DNA from: Eledone cirrhosa
Lineage: Eukaryota
Assembly (NCBI GenBank): GCA_964016885.1
Contig: OZ024758.1
Span: 10,354,001-10,418,000 of the forward strand
Direction of reading: 5' to 3'
Length of the DNA stretch: 64,000 bases
Below the pieces are notes generated by a model. It did no database searches. It worked only from the letters and a program-made list of their open reading frames with translations, and was not told the origin of the DNA. The position numbers and the translations under genes are program-made. Below, in pieces: positions 28,021-42,625 of the stretch (positions are counted from its first letter, which is position 1; each line of letters opens with the position of its first letter).

Positions 28021-28828
28021 TATACGTGTGTGTGTGTGTGTGTATATATATACCTTATATATATATACTATCAATTTCTTGTCTCGATTTCAGTGGTTGG
28101 GGTGGGGGGCAGCAACTCAAGATTTCAGATATTTAGGTTCGATGATAAATCTATCGAAAGGCGATCGATTCTGCCAATCATTGTGGGTTCGATTTCTGCT
28201 TTCGGGTAGTTTAAAAGACAAGTAAAGGCATAGCCCCTGCTGCATGCTGGTATACATGTAAAGTAATCTTCTGTCTGTTTTGACGATAAGAGTTTAGGAG
28301 TTCGATCAACTGAAGCCATGAATTAATGTGTAAGGTAAAATCAAGATGACAAAAGATGTGACAAGGCAGGACCTTTGAATTATCATTACAATCCATTTGG
28401 TGGGGCCTCTACACAGTTTCAGTGTTCCCAATGTCCCTCCCAAGTTTTGGGTCTACACGTAGCTATGGTAAAAACCCAAGATCCGACGTAGTAGATTCTT
28501 AGCCGGAACCTTATGAATGTGAAGCGAGTTTCTCAACCATCCGGCCATGCTGTGACAACCCGTGTTGATGATATACATAGAGACAAAGTCACTGTTTAGA
28601 GATAACCAACCCATCACTCCCTGCCTAAGGATTCGAACACGTGCCAACATCCCTCAGTTAACTGGCTCCACTAAGTCGGCTGATAATATTTGTTTGTCTG
28701 TTGGAAGATTCCGTTTTATGCGTTTTTGTTTGTTTCTTTCTTCTGCTTCTTTTCCTAAATCAAGAATTCAACAGACACTTCCATCTCTTTTATTCTCTCC
28801 TTTTTCTTCTTTTTACCTACGCCATTCA

Positions 28829-28878
<50 letters not shown>

Positions 28879-29044
28879 GTCCTCCTCCCTTCCGCCACGC
28901 CTTCTCTCTCTCTCTCTCTCTCTCACCCCAGAGAACCGTTATCTCTGGGGCTATCTAGTTCTGTAGAGCTGGAGGTGGAGGGGGCACCAATCCGGGCAAA
29001 CAATATCTGAAGAACATCATCTAGATTCCACTACGTGAAAGGAA

Positions 29045-29913
29045 ACTGCCAGCATTTCACCACCACCACCGCCACCGCCACCACCGCCACCGCCACCGCC
29101 ACCACATGCATCACAAACAACGTCACCACCACCATCAACACGAACACCACCACCACCACTACTATAACCACCACCAACATCACCACATGCACCACAAACG
29201 ACAATGACACCATCAACCACCACCACCACTACCACCACCATCAACATCAACATGAGCACCCAACTACCACCACCATCTTGAACACCCCCCCTTCACCACC
29301 TGCTACCACCACCACCACCACCACCACCACCACCACCACTATAACCACCACCAACATCACCACATGCACCACAAACGACAATGTCACCATCAACCACCAC
29401 CACCACCAACCACCACCAACCACCACCACCACCACCACCATCAACATGAGCACCCAACTACCACCACCATCTTGAACACCCCCTTCACCACCTGCTACCA
29501 CCACCACCACCACCATCACCACTGTCCCCTCTCCAGGAGTATTGTCTAACAAGTGAGGCGTTAATTCGCGGCACGACATGAATTTCATGGAACATACTTG
29601 GGATAAATGCTGCTGCTGATAGCAATTACCAGACATAACTAATCCCACGTCACACTGCCCAAGTAGATTAAGATGGATTAGGCTTCGATGTCTTCTTTTT
29701 CTTCTATCTATCGTCGTCGCCGTCGTTTTCGTGTCTTTACCTTTGTAAATATTGTTATTGTTGTGTTCTCTCCTTCCTTCTCTTTTTTTCATCATCATCA
29801 TCATCATCATCACCATCATCATTATCATCCAACCGCCGCATCATCACCTCCCCCCTCCCCCTCATGATCATTATCGTCATCATCATTTCCATCTTCATGT
29901 TCCGCACCATTAC

Positions 29914-29949
<36 letters not shown>

Positions 29950-30058
29950 ACGGCCGCATCATCACCTCCCCCCTCCCCCCCATGATCATTATCGTCATCA
30001 TCATTTCCATCTTCATGTTCCGCACCATTACCATCATCATCATCATCATCATCATCAT
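29045..30058. repeat. (ACC)n/(ATC)n-rich region with internal tandem duplications
   Basis: Duplicated blocks 29160-29320/29340-29510 and 29825-29940/29943-30058. Confidence 0.85.
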
Positions 30059-30483
30059 ATTTTTGTTTGTGAGTTTCCGGAAAATCCCTCAATATATTAC
30101 TGGTAGGACAGAAGATAAAAATAGAGACAATGTGTTAATAACACAGAAACGCCATTGCAATTATTATTTTAAAGACTCTCTTTTCCGTATTACACCAAAA
30201 CAATCCCGAAATATAACAAAATGGCTGCCGTTAGAAGTTATTTCACAAGCCATACATGCTGTATACACATATACACACACACATATACACACACACATAT
30301 AATGTATATATATATATACAAATTATATACATATATATATATACATACATATATGTATACATATATGTATACATATACACACACATATATACACATACAT
30401 ATGTATATATATATATATACAAATATATATGCATACATACATTATATATATATATATATACAAATATATATGCATACATACAT

Positions 30484-30557
<74 letters not shown>

Positions 30558-31009
30558 TACATGCATACATACATTATATATATATATAAATATATAATGT
30601 ATAAATATAAATATATATGCATACATACATTATATATATATATATAATATATAAATATATATGCATACATACATTATATATATATATAAATATATATGCA
30701 TACATACATTATATGTATATATATATATGTATGTGTGTGTATGTGTGTGTGTGTATATATATATATATACATACAAATTCATCCCTCACTCTCCCCTCTC
30801 ACCCCCTCCTTCTATATGTCTAGCGTACTATATCTGTTTCACTTGTTGCGTATATGTACTGTATATACTGTATCTACGAATTCATGGAATGTATATAAAT
30901 TCGTGGAATGTATGCTATGTTCTGCTTATGTCTGTTTCATCTTCCCTTTCCTTTTTTCTCATCTAACAGTATTGTTTCTTCCAGCATCTTTGTTCGTCTT
31001 TGTTCATCC

Positions 31010-31097
<88 letters not shown>

Positions 31098-32058
31098 CTG
31101 TCTCTGTTTATCTATCTACCATTCAGTCTGTCTATCTATCTATCTATCTAAGAATCTCGTCATACAAACTCACATGCAAATATATGAAAATGATAATAAA
31201 TTATAATAAGTTGTAATAAATTATAATAAGTTATAATAAAGAGGCTGTTACGAAGCCTACCAGATTAAAAACTAACCATTTGTTGGCATTGTTTGGCTTT
31301 AAACAGTGTCAAGGTAGGAGATATTCCTTATAATTTTCTTTATGCAAATATCTATTCGTTGATAATCGATAAACCCGGCACAACTGATGTCTGTGGGCCC
31401 ATAAAAACAAAACAATAAATAAGTGGAGAGTGTGATATAGATATTGGAAACGTTCTTGGTCTGGAATCAGCAACTATACAAACAGTAACTTGTGATTGAA
31501 GTGAAACTACGAATAGAACCAACATAATCAAAATTATGGAAAGATTTTTCAACATACAATAGATGGAAATGAATGCCAGAACGAACTAAAACAATAAACT
31601 GCTTAAGGCTGTAAGCATATAACTAAATATATTATTTTGTGGTAATGCTTCAGGGGATCTGTTGTTCAAGTTAATAGCTATTTGGTATTCTGAAACTCTA
31701 GTTAACTGTGAAAGACTATTTTAAATAGTCTTCATAGTGAAATAAAAATTTGGTTTGTTTCGTGCTTTAAACATTTGTGGATACTAATATAAAGAAGAAA
31801 CAGTTTTTTCTTTCGGACATGTTTTTTTTTTTGCAAACACGACTATACTCCGGTTTGATCTTTCTTATTAAGGATTTTTCATATTCACTTCTTAGTTCTT
31901 TACGTGTGGTTTGGAATAAAAGAATTCTTAAATCTATGTCTATTAACGTTTCGAAGCCTTCACAGTCCCATCTTCAGAATAAGAGTGGCTACATTGGTGG
32001 CGCGTGGCTTACCAGTGATTTTGAATGTTTGTGGGAGTGTATGCGTGTGTCTGTTTGC

Positions 32059-32162
<104 letters not shown>

Positions 32163-32557
32163 ATGCATTATGCGTATATGTCTATAAACATATATACATA
32201 GTACAAATATACATACACATATAACGAGATGGAAAATCGAAGGTGAGTTAATGATAAAAAAATCTCTTCACCAAACTAGAAAAAAATGAGGGAATGCCTT
32301 AAATAACATTAAAAGAGAATGGGGTGGGGGTGGGGGGCGGATAATAAGATAATACAACTGTCCCTCAGTATCCTTCTTTACTGCCTGTCTGCCAACGAGA
32401 TAACTAGCTGTAATGGATTGGTTCCAGTCTGCAACAGAGGTTCGGCGTGTCAGATGAGGAATTCGCGTCAATTTCGAGGTATATCTCCATAAAATTCAAG
32501 AATGGTAGCAAGTATGGTGCTAAGGAGAGTCTGCCTGCATATTGGCTAAGTTTATAG

Positions 32558-32611
<54 letters not shown>

Positions 32612-32615
<4 letters not shown>

Positions 32616-32799
32616 TATAGATGAGATTCTACAGGACTAGAACTGTTTCATTCTTTAGAAATCATCAGATTCCTGATGATTTCTAAAGAATGAAACAGTT
32701 CTAGTCCTGTAGAATTTCATCTATATTAAAACTTTTATACTCTGCAATGTATTGAGTGCCTTACTTACTATGGTTACCTCCGATTTAACCCGGAATAAC

Positions 32800-32800
<1 letters not shown>
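32612..32800 (+). mobile_element. Family D hammerhead element with back-to-back inverted cores
   Basis: CTGATGA(32673-32679)-tttctaaagaat-GAAA-cagttctag-TC on +, mirror core on - (32662-32668). Palindrome 32612-32729 plus a tail into (TA)n. Stem I next to the core is imperfect. Confidence 0.75.
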
Positions 32801-32861
<61 letters not shown>

Positions 32862-33061
32862 CGAAGGAAATGTGGTAAGGAACCAGGTGGACCATAACGC
32901 ACCAAAGTACTCAATACTTAGGGTAGTAGAGTGGGTAATAGGAACGAGTAGGACCCCGACGGTTGAGCTCAAGCCGTTTCGACGGCTAATTCTGGACTAG
33001 AATTAGTCCAGAATTAGCCGTCGAAACGGCTTGAGCTCAGTCGTCGGGGTCCTACTCGTTC

Positions 33062-33093
<32 letters not shown>

Positions 33094-33426
33094 CAAAAAA
33101 TATTGAAGGCACGTAGCTTAATGGTTAGGGTGTTTGGTTCCTAATCGTACGATATATTTCCGGCGGTACGTTACGTCCCTATTTCATGTTGTTTCTGTCC
33201 ACTCAGATGGAAAAGTAGATAGACTGTGTAATACAAATGTCATACACTGTGTCTCGTTGAATCTTAATGAGAACTACCTCAAGGGTACACGTGTCTGTCG
33301 AATGCTTATTTACGTGCAGTTTATTTTCACGACAAAGATGTTCCGTTGTTCTTCGAACAACTGGAATAATACTCATCGCCGTAACCAACGGAGGTCCCAT
33401 ATATAAAGGCCACCATTACACTATTC

Positions 33427-34015
33427 ATAATTGTTTCTACTTTTTGGCACAAGGCCAGCAATTACCCAGTGTATTACTGGTACTTTATTTTATCGACCCC
33501 GTAAGATTGAAAGGCAAAGTTAATCCCTCGGCGGCATTTGATCTCAGATCATAAAGGGACGTAACTCTATGCTTCAAAGCATGGTGTCTGACTCTCTACC
33601 GATACTGCCAATCCACACACTAAAATAATTGTTTCTACTTTAGGCACAAGGCCAGCAATGACCCAGTGCATTACTGGTACTTTATTTTATCGACCCCGTA
33701 AGGATGAAAGGCAAAGTTAATCCCTCGGCGGCATTTGATCTCAGATCATAAAGGGACGTAACTCTATGCTTCAAAGCATGGTGTCCGACTCTCTACCGAT
33801 ACTGCCAATCCACACACTAAAATAATTGTTTCTACTTTTTGGCACAAGGCCAGCAATTACCCAGTGCATTACTGGTACTTTATTTTATCGACCCCGTAAG
33901 GATGAAAGGCAAAGTTAATCCCTCGGCGGCATTTGAACTCAGATCATAAAGGGACGTAACTCTCTGCTTCAAAGCATGGTGTCCGACTCTCTACTGATAC
34001 TGCCAATCCACCGCC
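33427..34015 (-). mobile_element. Trimer of Nin-type SINEs inside one TSD
   Basis: Three ~197-bp units sharing the diagnostic ttaatccctcggcggcattt. ttacactatt(c/g)ataat at 33416-33431 and 34016-34031. Confidence 0.9.
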
Positions 34016-34479
34016 TTACACTATTGATAATGTTTTTACGAACTAAACGGCCTAATATGATTCATATTTATTCCTAGTTTCAGCACATTAAATTCTTCAG
34101 TGCTTCCCAACCTCTCATATTTTTCATGTCTAATTTCCTGAAATTATTATATGATCTATTATGACTATCACTAGAAACCCCTGCACCCACGTTATCAACA
34201 GCTCCACCACCACCACCGTCATCACTACTACTACTACTACTACTACTACTACATAGTCTTTCGAAAACTACTACTACTACTACTACCACTGTAACTACTA
34301 CTACCACCCCTACTCCTACTACTACTGCTACTACTACTACCACTGTAACTACCACCACCACCACTACTACTACTCCTACTACTACTACTACTGCTACTAC
34401 TACTACCACTGTAACTACCACCACCACCACTACTACTACTCCTACTACTACTACTACTGCTACTACTACTACCACTGTA

Positions 34480-34517
<38 letters not shown>

Positions 34518-35332
34518 ATAGTCTTTTGAAAACCGGACAACGCTGATTATAACGATGCCGATGACAGTGTCGATGACAACAATCCCGACTAAACGACACC
34601 GATTATGATCATAATGATAGTAACGATGACATAGTAGATAAAGATGATGATGATGATGATGATGATGATGAGGCAGATGAGAAGGAGGATGAGGAGGGGA
34701 GAGAATTATGATGATAATGCTGATGATGATGATGATGTTGATGCCGGCTAAGCGACGGCCGAGGTATGTCTGAGTGAAAGATATATCTTTAGCTAACGAG
34801 ATGTATCTTATGTCAAATGCAAGGGCCCGTTAGTTAACAGCTGTCATTAAGTTGCGATAATAGGTGGCGCCACTGAACGACCAGTTTTCGGGTAGATGTT
34901 GATATGTGAGTGAAATGATGGAAGTTTGCGAGTAGAGTTGAGGCATGAAGTGGTTAGTTAGCTAGTTCTTATAAAAGCTACAGCATACTGGGAAAAAAAA
35001 AAAAAAAAAAATATAAATCCAAAGACATAGGCATCAATCAAAGCTGCCTTATCTATTTCGCCATCAATCTAAAAGTATGTTTTGTCTTATATATTTACTA
35101 TTTTATTAAATATAAGTTTTCTTTCACTAACGTTTCCTGACCCTTTAGATGCATATAACCTTGTTGGGAGATTTTGGCTTGGAGTCCATTCAACTCAAAT
35201 TTAATTTCTTGGTGAAAGCATTGGAGATGAACCTGAAGCCCGAATGGAGAAAGAAAGTACAGTAAACAAACAGGATTTAATGTATTGGCCAGTGGTCGTT
35301 CTCATCTGAAGATTTGGCATATAGACAAAATA

Positions 35333-35363
<31 letters not shown>

Positions 35364-35424
35364 CTATATAATATATATATATATATCCCCTACACACCCT
35401 TGGAAATCTGTTCCTACACACTTT

Positions 35425-35460
35425 TCACCTGAAGAAGGGCTTATGCCCGAAACGTCGTTC
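35425..35460 (+). ncRNA. Ultra-minimal hammerhead ribozyme
   Basis: CTGAAGA(35429-35435)-agggc ttat gccc-GAAA-CG-TC, AATAAA at 35495. Stem I is weak. Confidence 0.7.
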
Positions 35461-35778
35461 CCCACCACCACCCCACTCTCAAGAGCGTGAAACTAATAAA
35501 CCTTTGTTCGTACTGCCTCGCTGTTCTGTTCCTGTTCAATTTTTTGAAAAGCTATTTAGAACAATGGTTTAACCGCTTTACTTCCCTCCGAAGAAGAGAT
35601 ATTATCTCGAAAATTAAGGACATTTAAATAAATCTAAGATAAAAGACTAATTGTCAACAATATCTTTTGCATTTGCATTCTTTATTCTATGTCCATACCT
35701 GCATTGTTTTGGCTTTATTATACATATACAAACGTTTATACCTCATTACACAATACTTCAAGTGAACTATAACTTCCT

Positions 35779-35848
<70 letters not shown>

Positions 35849-35944
35849 GTAGAACGCTGGAAGGTAATATCCGTAGTGGTAGAGCACTCAGTTCAAGGGA
35901 CGAGTTAGGGGTAGAAGTGGTTACACAACAGTTAGTTCACCATA

Positions 35945-35981
35945 CCGAAAACAATTGTTTCACCTTAGTGGTTCCTCAGCT
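35945..35981 (-). ncRNA. Minimal hammerhead ribozyme (family C)
   Basis: Minus strand: ag-CTGAGGA-acc actaa ggt-GAAA-CAATTG-TT-ttcgg. The tail runs to 35845. Truncated just 5' of the core. Confidence 0.75.
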
Positions 35982-36031
35982 ATATATATATATATATTCC
36001 CTTCATTAACTATATTGCAGCATGAAGATTG

Positions 36032-36111
<80 letters not shown>

Positions 36112-36223
36112 AACTGTTGACTGCATTAAATAAATTTATAATTATTTTGAATACATTTATCGATATAATAGACCTCACCTCCTAGTAAAATACTGGCCTT
36201 GTGCCTAATTTAGGAACCATTAA

Positions 36224-36406
36224 TTGGCAGTATCGGTAGAGGGTCGGACGCCATGCTTTGACGCATAGAGTTACGGCCCTTGCCATTCTGAGTTCAAATC
36301 CCGCCAAGGTTCACTTTGACTTTCATCCTTACGGTGTCGATAAAATGAAGTACCAGTAATGCACTGGGGTGATTGCTGGCCTTGTGCCAAAAGTAGAAAC
36401 AATTAT
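36224..36406 (+). mobile_element. Nin-type tRNA-SINE
   Basis: Near-identical to other copies. Confidence 0.88.
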
Positions 36407-36449
36407 TATTAGTATCTAACACACACAGACACACACAAACACACATACA

Positions 36450-36496
<47 letters not shown>

Positions 36497-38046
36497 ACAC
36501 ACACAAGTACACACTCACATCAGCTGTTCCACTAATAACGTTGTTTTACATATATGAATGAATAAATAAAAGTAAGGATGTTCGTGGCTGGAATGCCTTT
36601 GATCCTTAGTCTCCTTGATCAAGTCTGATTTATGGTTTCACCGACAACCACAAGAAGGAAGTACAGCTCACTACTATGTATGGTACAGGCGCTCTTCCAA
36701 TTATTCTGTGCTGTTGTCTATCCTCAAGTTAAATATGATTAAGCAGACTTATGATTAAAAGTATTCCATCACACTTTTACAGACATATTTTACTTTGGAT
36801 TATGTTATCTAATATGTTCTTTAAAAAAAATTCCCAGGATTTGAACACAGAGTGCAATGAGCCGGTTCAAATACTGAAGCATTTTAAAATCATGCTCTAA
36901 CGATTCTGCCAATCGTCGCCTTTCGTTGGGGGTACATAGTTCAACATAGAACATGACAGTAACTTATGACTGATAAAGGAAATATTATCAAATAGGAATT
37001 AGAGACAGGATAGCTTATCATGGCACACGTTTCGAACAGTGGACAGTTAAAAAACGATGGACGTTAGAATTCATTGAATGGGGATTGAGGACTTAGCTTC
37101 TCAGCCTCTGTATCATCGAGATCTGCCTATCACACACGTTTCTGTTTAATTGGAATAAACCAAGTGTAGCAGAACCCCTTGTTTGTTTATTTCATGTCAA
37201 TCACAAGTGCAGCTCAACGATGGGATGTTTTTGGAAACATTAGTTGCCAATGATAAGATCACGGGTTCAATTCCAAGACCGAGTGATGTACTGTTGTGGT
37301 CTTGAGCAAGACACTTCAATTCACGGATATGTACCAGGCTTGGATAAAATACTGGTGTCGAAGTGGTTGACTAAATCACGGTGGTGCCCCAGCATGCCTG
37401 CAGTCTAATGACTAAAACCAGTAAAAGAAAAGAATATACTATTTATTCTTTCTTCAGCAATTATATCACCTCAAAATAACTAATAAATATATTTATGTGA
37501 TAAAACCCTTCCAATCCAAACTGGGTATAGGGTTGATCCCTTCTACCGCATTCTGCAGAATTATGACAGATAAGTTAGATAAATAAGATGATATTTTATC
37601 ACCCTTGATTCCCTTAGATTATAATTGCTACTTGTTTTATCGACACTGGAGGATTAAGAGATTATTGAACCTGCAATACTATCAACTGTCTGATGTCTTA
37701 CATTGACAGAAGTGAAAGAGATTCTCAGATATATATTTTTATAAAAGGATTAGTGACGTAAATGGAATGGAACAATTCTTAAACAGGAATTGTGACTATG
37801 TTGTGGAGCTTACCTCTCACCCTGGCTATATTATTATTATTATTATTATTATAATATATATATAGGAAAAAGGCTGACCCCGACGGCAGAGCTCAAGCCG
37901 TTTCGAGTCCAGAAATAGCCGTCGAAACGGCTTCAGCTCTGTCGTCGGGGTCAGCCTTTTTCCTATTACCCACTCTCTCTACTACCCTAAGTATTAAGTA
38001 CTCTGTTGCGTTATGGTCCATCTGGTTCCTTACCACATTTCCTTCG

Positions 38047-38092
<46 letters not shown>

Positions 38093-38708
38093 TTACGATG
38101 GAGTGTCCTGTTAATAGGAAAAAGACAAAATGGTCATGTCTCGAAAGCTTTGATCATAAGTCTGTTTGGTTAGGCCTGATCGATGGTTTAACAGAAAACA
38201 TACCGATCTTGATATATTTCCGTATTTATTTTCATTGATCTCAGTTTATTTGTATGTATAAGTTTTTTCATACATTTTTCTGTGTACGTATGTGCGTGCT
38301 TGTATATGTATGTATTGTAGGTGTGTGTTTGTGAGTATCTGTATGTATGTATTCTAGGTTGTGTTAGTGTAGGTGTGTGTTTGTGAGTATCTGTTTCTAT
38401 ACGTGTTCAATATGAAATGAGAAAGAACCGGAAAGAGATGGCCACGACATGTACTAAATTTTGCGAGAGTCAAAAGTCAGAAGTAAAAAAAAAAAAAAAA
38501 AAAAAGTTTCTTCGTAAACTTGTCAAACACCAACGAAGTTGTTGCAGGGTCATTCTTTCTTAATTAAAACCACTTTTGCAATGGCTGCAAACATGTGTAT
38601 TAGACGTCAAGTTAAATATACAAAAATTAATATTTAGATTTATACTTATATTAATATGTAAAATCTAACAACAACAGCTTTATATAGAAGTTACACCCGT
38701 TACACGCG

Positions 38709-38803
<95 letters not shown>

Positions 38804-40598
38804 GTACATGTATATACATATATGTACATATATATACATATATGTACATGTATATACATTTGTACATAAAACAGCTAATTTTTAGATCCAGATGACAGAG
38901 GCCAACATATTTTGTTTGTTAGTTTTTTTATTATTTTTTATTGATATTAAATAGAATTCATTTTATCTGTCAAACTTTAAAAGTGTTTAGTAGAAATTTG
39001 TGATGCATTTGACTATTTCTTTTACATAGTCGAGACTGTTCTAAGTTTAGAACAGGATTTATGTGAATTTTATGATACATTTCCCTCGATTTCTACAATG
39101 AGTATTTAGTAGGTCAATAAACTGAACGTGCAATTCGTGAATTAACATGTAATTGGCTGAGTATTCCGAAGATAGTGAACCCTTAATGTAATTCCCTTCC
39201 CAGGCAGAATCAGAGTGAAATAACAAGTGACAGAGTTACTGGTACAATCGACTCACGAGGCTTGAGTCAATATGTGGCTATGGTAAAGATGTCACGCAGT
39301 AGACTCGAACCCGGGATCTCATGATTGAGAAGGGAACCTCTCAACCATTCATCCATCAGGTGACCATATATATATAGTTACTAGTTCAACAGTTAGACTG
39401 TCACTTAGCTTCTGTTGTCTCTATCAATCTCCTACTTATCATTGTTGTTGGTCAATCTGAGAAAAAACACTGATCAAGCATCGATATTTGATCAAAGTTA
39501 ATCAAGCTATACCTATTCCATCTTTGTGAATACACAGTAGCATTATCCTGTGATGTCTAGCTAAAATTATCACACGATTAAAATTGCAGTACGACACATG
39601 AGAATGAAACTAATCACGCGAGAGCATTCTCGAAGCTATCTTTGATTTATATCTGCCTGCCAGCTACCAAGTGAAGTACTTGTCTTTTTATTGCCTAGAG
39701 GAGGTGCATTTGCTCGATATTATCAACGGAACTAAGATTCTAAAAACCCTCTCAGCTAAATTCCATCATGACAATTCTTTTTATGGTAAGTCTATGACAG
39801 GGCGAAACAATAAATTATTAAAACTCTTCAAGAGAAGACAGAAAAAAAATGAGAAAGAGAAAGAGTCTGGAGAGATTGATAGAGGCAGATAAAAAGACAG
39901 ATAGATATGGAGAGCGAGAGAGAGAGAGAGAGAGAGACTCCTCGGATAGAACAATCGACTGTTTTGCTTTGCGACGTGCTTTTTATCTTTTAGAATTATC
40001 TAGATATATATGTATAGATTATGCATATGTCGTAGAATATATTGTGTAAATGATACTTTGGAAATGTTAGACGTAGACATAGCATGGTATTGTGTAATGT
40101 ATGTTGATAACTTTATATAGACTTAGACATGGCTTCATGGTTAAAGACTTCACTTCACAACCAACAACGATGTTTCGTGTTCAATCTCTCTTACCGGTAC
40201 CTTAGGCAACTGTGGAACCACATATATATTCATTTGCATGTGTGGTTGTTTTGGTGAGCTCGCTGGATACGTCAGTTGCTATCAGGTAGCCAGTTTGTGA
40301 TGTGCTGTTCTGCTTACTCATCGCATTTTCATTTCACTCGATATTGAATTGTAGAATACCATAATAACTGGAGATGTGTGCGGATACGACCCGGAAACTA
40401 AAGTTCACTTAACACAGTGGAAGAATCCGACGTCGCCAAAGTCCCCAAAAGCACACCAGTGGGTATGATGAGGTTTTATGTCTTTATGTGGGTATTGGTA
40501 TGTTCTTGTAATGAAAGATTATTCGGATGTGTGTATATATATTTCCAGAGGTTCTCTATATGCACGTCATTTTCTTTTAAGATATCTCTATATAGCGT

Positions 40599-40640
<42 letters not shown>

Positions 40641-40657
40641 AGAAAAACCACAGACCG

Positions 40658-40697
40658 TCCATCTGAAAAGCAAAAGAACTGCGAAACCAGTAAAGGA
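40658..40697 (+). ncRNA. Degenerate hammerhead (CTGAAAA core)
   Basis: tccat-CTGAAAA-gca aaagaac tgc-GAAA-ccag-TA-aagga, then AATAAA. The sister at 27904-27940 (-) has CCGG; a related remnant lies at 1631-1667. Confidence 0.6.
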
Positions 40698-40827
40698 ACC
40701 AAATAAATATATATATTTAAAAAAAAAATAAGACTCCAGTTGCATTTTCGATTTCATCTTTTTTTCTTTATACTTTCACTCGTGTAGGACACCTCGGTTA
40801 TTTTTCATTTTGTAAAAAAAACCTCAC

Positions 40828-40877
<50 letters not shown>

Positions 40878-40891
40878 CCGTAGAAGCCATT

Positions 40892-40953
<62 letters not shown>

Positions 40954-40999
40954 AAATAAAATAAATAAGTCAAATATTTACAATTTGGCTTCGTTTATT

Positions 41000-41054
41000 A
41001 CTGCTATATATATTTCGGTGACAGCCATCTTTGGCTGTGACCTCTTCAGGCAGT
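41000..41054 (-). ncRNA. Minimal type I hammerhead ribozyme
   Basis: Minus strand: actgc-CTGAAGA-ggtcacagcca aaga tggctgtcacc-GAAA-tatata-TA-gcagt-AATAAA. Confidence 0.92.
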
Positions 41055-41283
41055 CCGAATTGGTGTGGTAGAGACGGGTACACTTGTTGTTGAGGTGTTT
41101 AATTCCGTCAATACTCTGATATGTCCAGTTCCTGGTTAGGTTGTTATTTCTCTGAAGAACTGAAATCATATGAATTCGAACAAACGAATTTCAGCGTCAA
41201 AGTAACCAACCCAACCTGCGCACTTCGTCGGGTGCTCCAATCTGCATACTGAGGTGTCGGTATACAACCAACATATACTCAAA

Positions 41284-41323
<40 letters not shown>

Positions 41324-41421
41324 TCGGAAAAGATTGTTTTGGTAAAAACAGGAGTAAGCAGGAGAAATCTCTCAACAATCGTTGTTTTTAGTTACGATGG
41401 AGTATTTTATAAATATAACAA

Positions 41422-41477
<56 letters not shown>

Positions 41478-41583
41478 TTTGAGGGCGACTGGTCGAGGTG
41501 AAAGCAGCTAGTTGGTCAGTCGGCCTCTCTGTCTCTGATTTTTCGGACCCATGGTTTTTACATATTCCTTTGTTATATTTCGA

Positions 41584-41641
41584 ATACCTGATGATATCAC
41601 CGGATTCACATGGAACCCGGTCATTGAAATGATCATAGTAT
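41584..41641 (+). ncRNA. Minimal type I hammerhead ribozyme
   Basis: atac-CTGATGA(41588-41594)-tatcaccggattc acatg gaacccggtcatt-GAAA-TGATCA-TA-gtat-AATAAA. Confidence 0.9.
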
Positions 41642-41837
41642 AATAAACCCTTCAAGGATTTACACCAGTCCAGCCTCCTGTTATTTTATTTATAATTAAC
41701 TCCGTATTCGCAACACCAACTACACAAACGAAGACGGGTGAACTGCACTACGTTGAGTACTCTCCACAATATTACACCAAGATTGACCATACGGAATGAC
41801 CAATTCTATCCAGTGGTGAACCAACAAACCTAAAGAA

Positions 41838-41870
<33 letters not shown>

Positions 41871-41967
41871 GTGGTGGAACACTGGGAGGTAATATCGGTA
41901 GTGGTAGAGCACTCAGTCCAAGGGACGAGTTAGGTAGAAGTGGTTACACAACAGTTAGTTCACCAAA

Positions 41968-42008
41968 CCGAGAACAATTGTTTCACCTTCGCGGATCTTC
42001 AGCTGGGG
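41968..42008 (-). ncRNA. Minimal hammerhead ribozyme (family C)
   Basis: Minus strand: ccccag-CTGAAGA-tccgcgaaggt-GAAA-CAATTG-TT-ctcgg. Adjacent hairpin 42006-42061; tail to 41871. Confidence 0.82.
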
Positions 42009-42251
42009 ATGTGTATGGTTATAGGAACATATATGTTGGTTCCTATAACCATATACATCCCGATATATATATATATATATATATATATTGTATATTTTAT
42101 GTTTATTTGTTTGTATTTTTCTCAGTGTTGGTATATAAGAATTGTAATGCGTGTATAAGTGTATCTTCTCTATGTGAACAACTGTATGTATGTTTGTATA
42201 CGAAACTGTTTACGTCTATGAGTATGTGACTTTTGTCTTTTGTCTAGACGA

Positions 42252-42293
<42 letters not shown>

Positions 42294-42583
42294 ACCTATT
42301 AGTAAACATTTGCGTATACATGTGTGTGTTTGTGCTTATGAATGCATGTATGTGTGTGTATATGTGGTTGATGTCGTGATTCTAGGAGCAGACTGTGCAC
42401 GTATGAATGTATGTATGTATGTAAATGTGTATGTATGATTGTATGTATGTATCTATGTATGTATGTATGTACGTGTGTATGTAGGTGAAGATGTATTTCT
42501 ATACACACATACATATATACTTACATAGTGCGAGAGTTTTATGTGCGATCGTATATGCATTTATATGTCTGTCTGGTGACATG

Positions 42584-42625
<42 letters not shown>

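Noticed and set aside
29035-29475. Mucin-like Thr-rich ORF (also 56344-57129)
   Set aside because: (ACC)n microsatellite; no splice or signal-peptide support.
40978-41169. 63-aa ORF overlapping a hammerhead as a PLE protein end
   Set aside because: No convincing GIY-YIG or RT motif.
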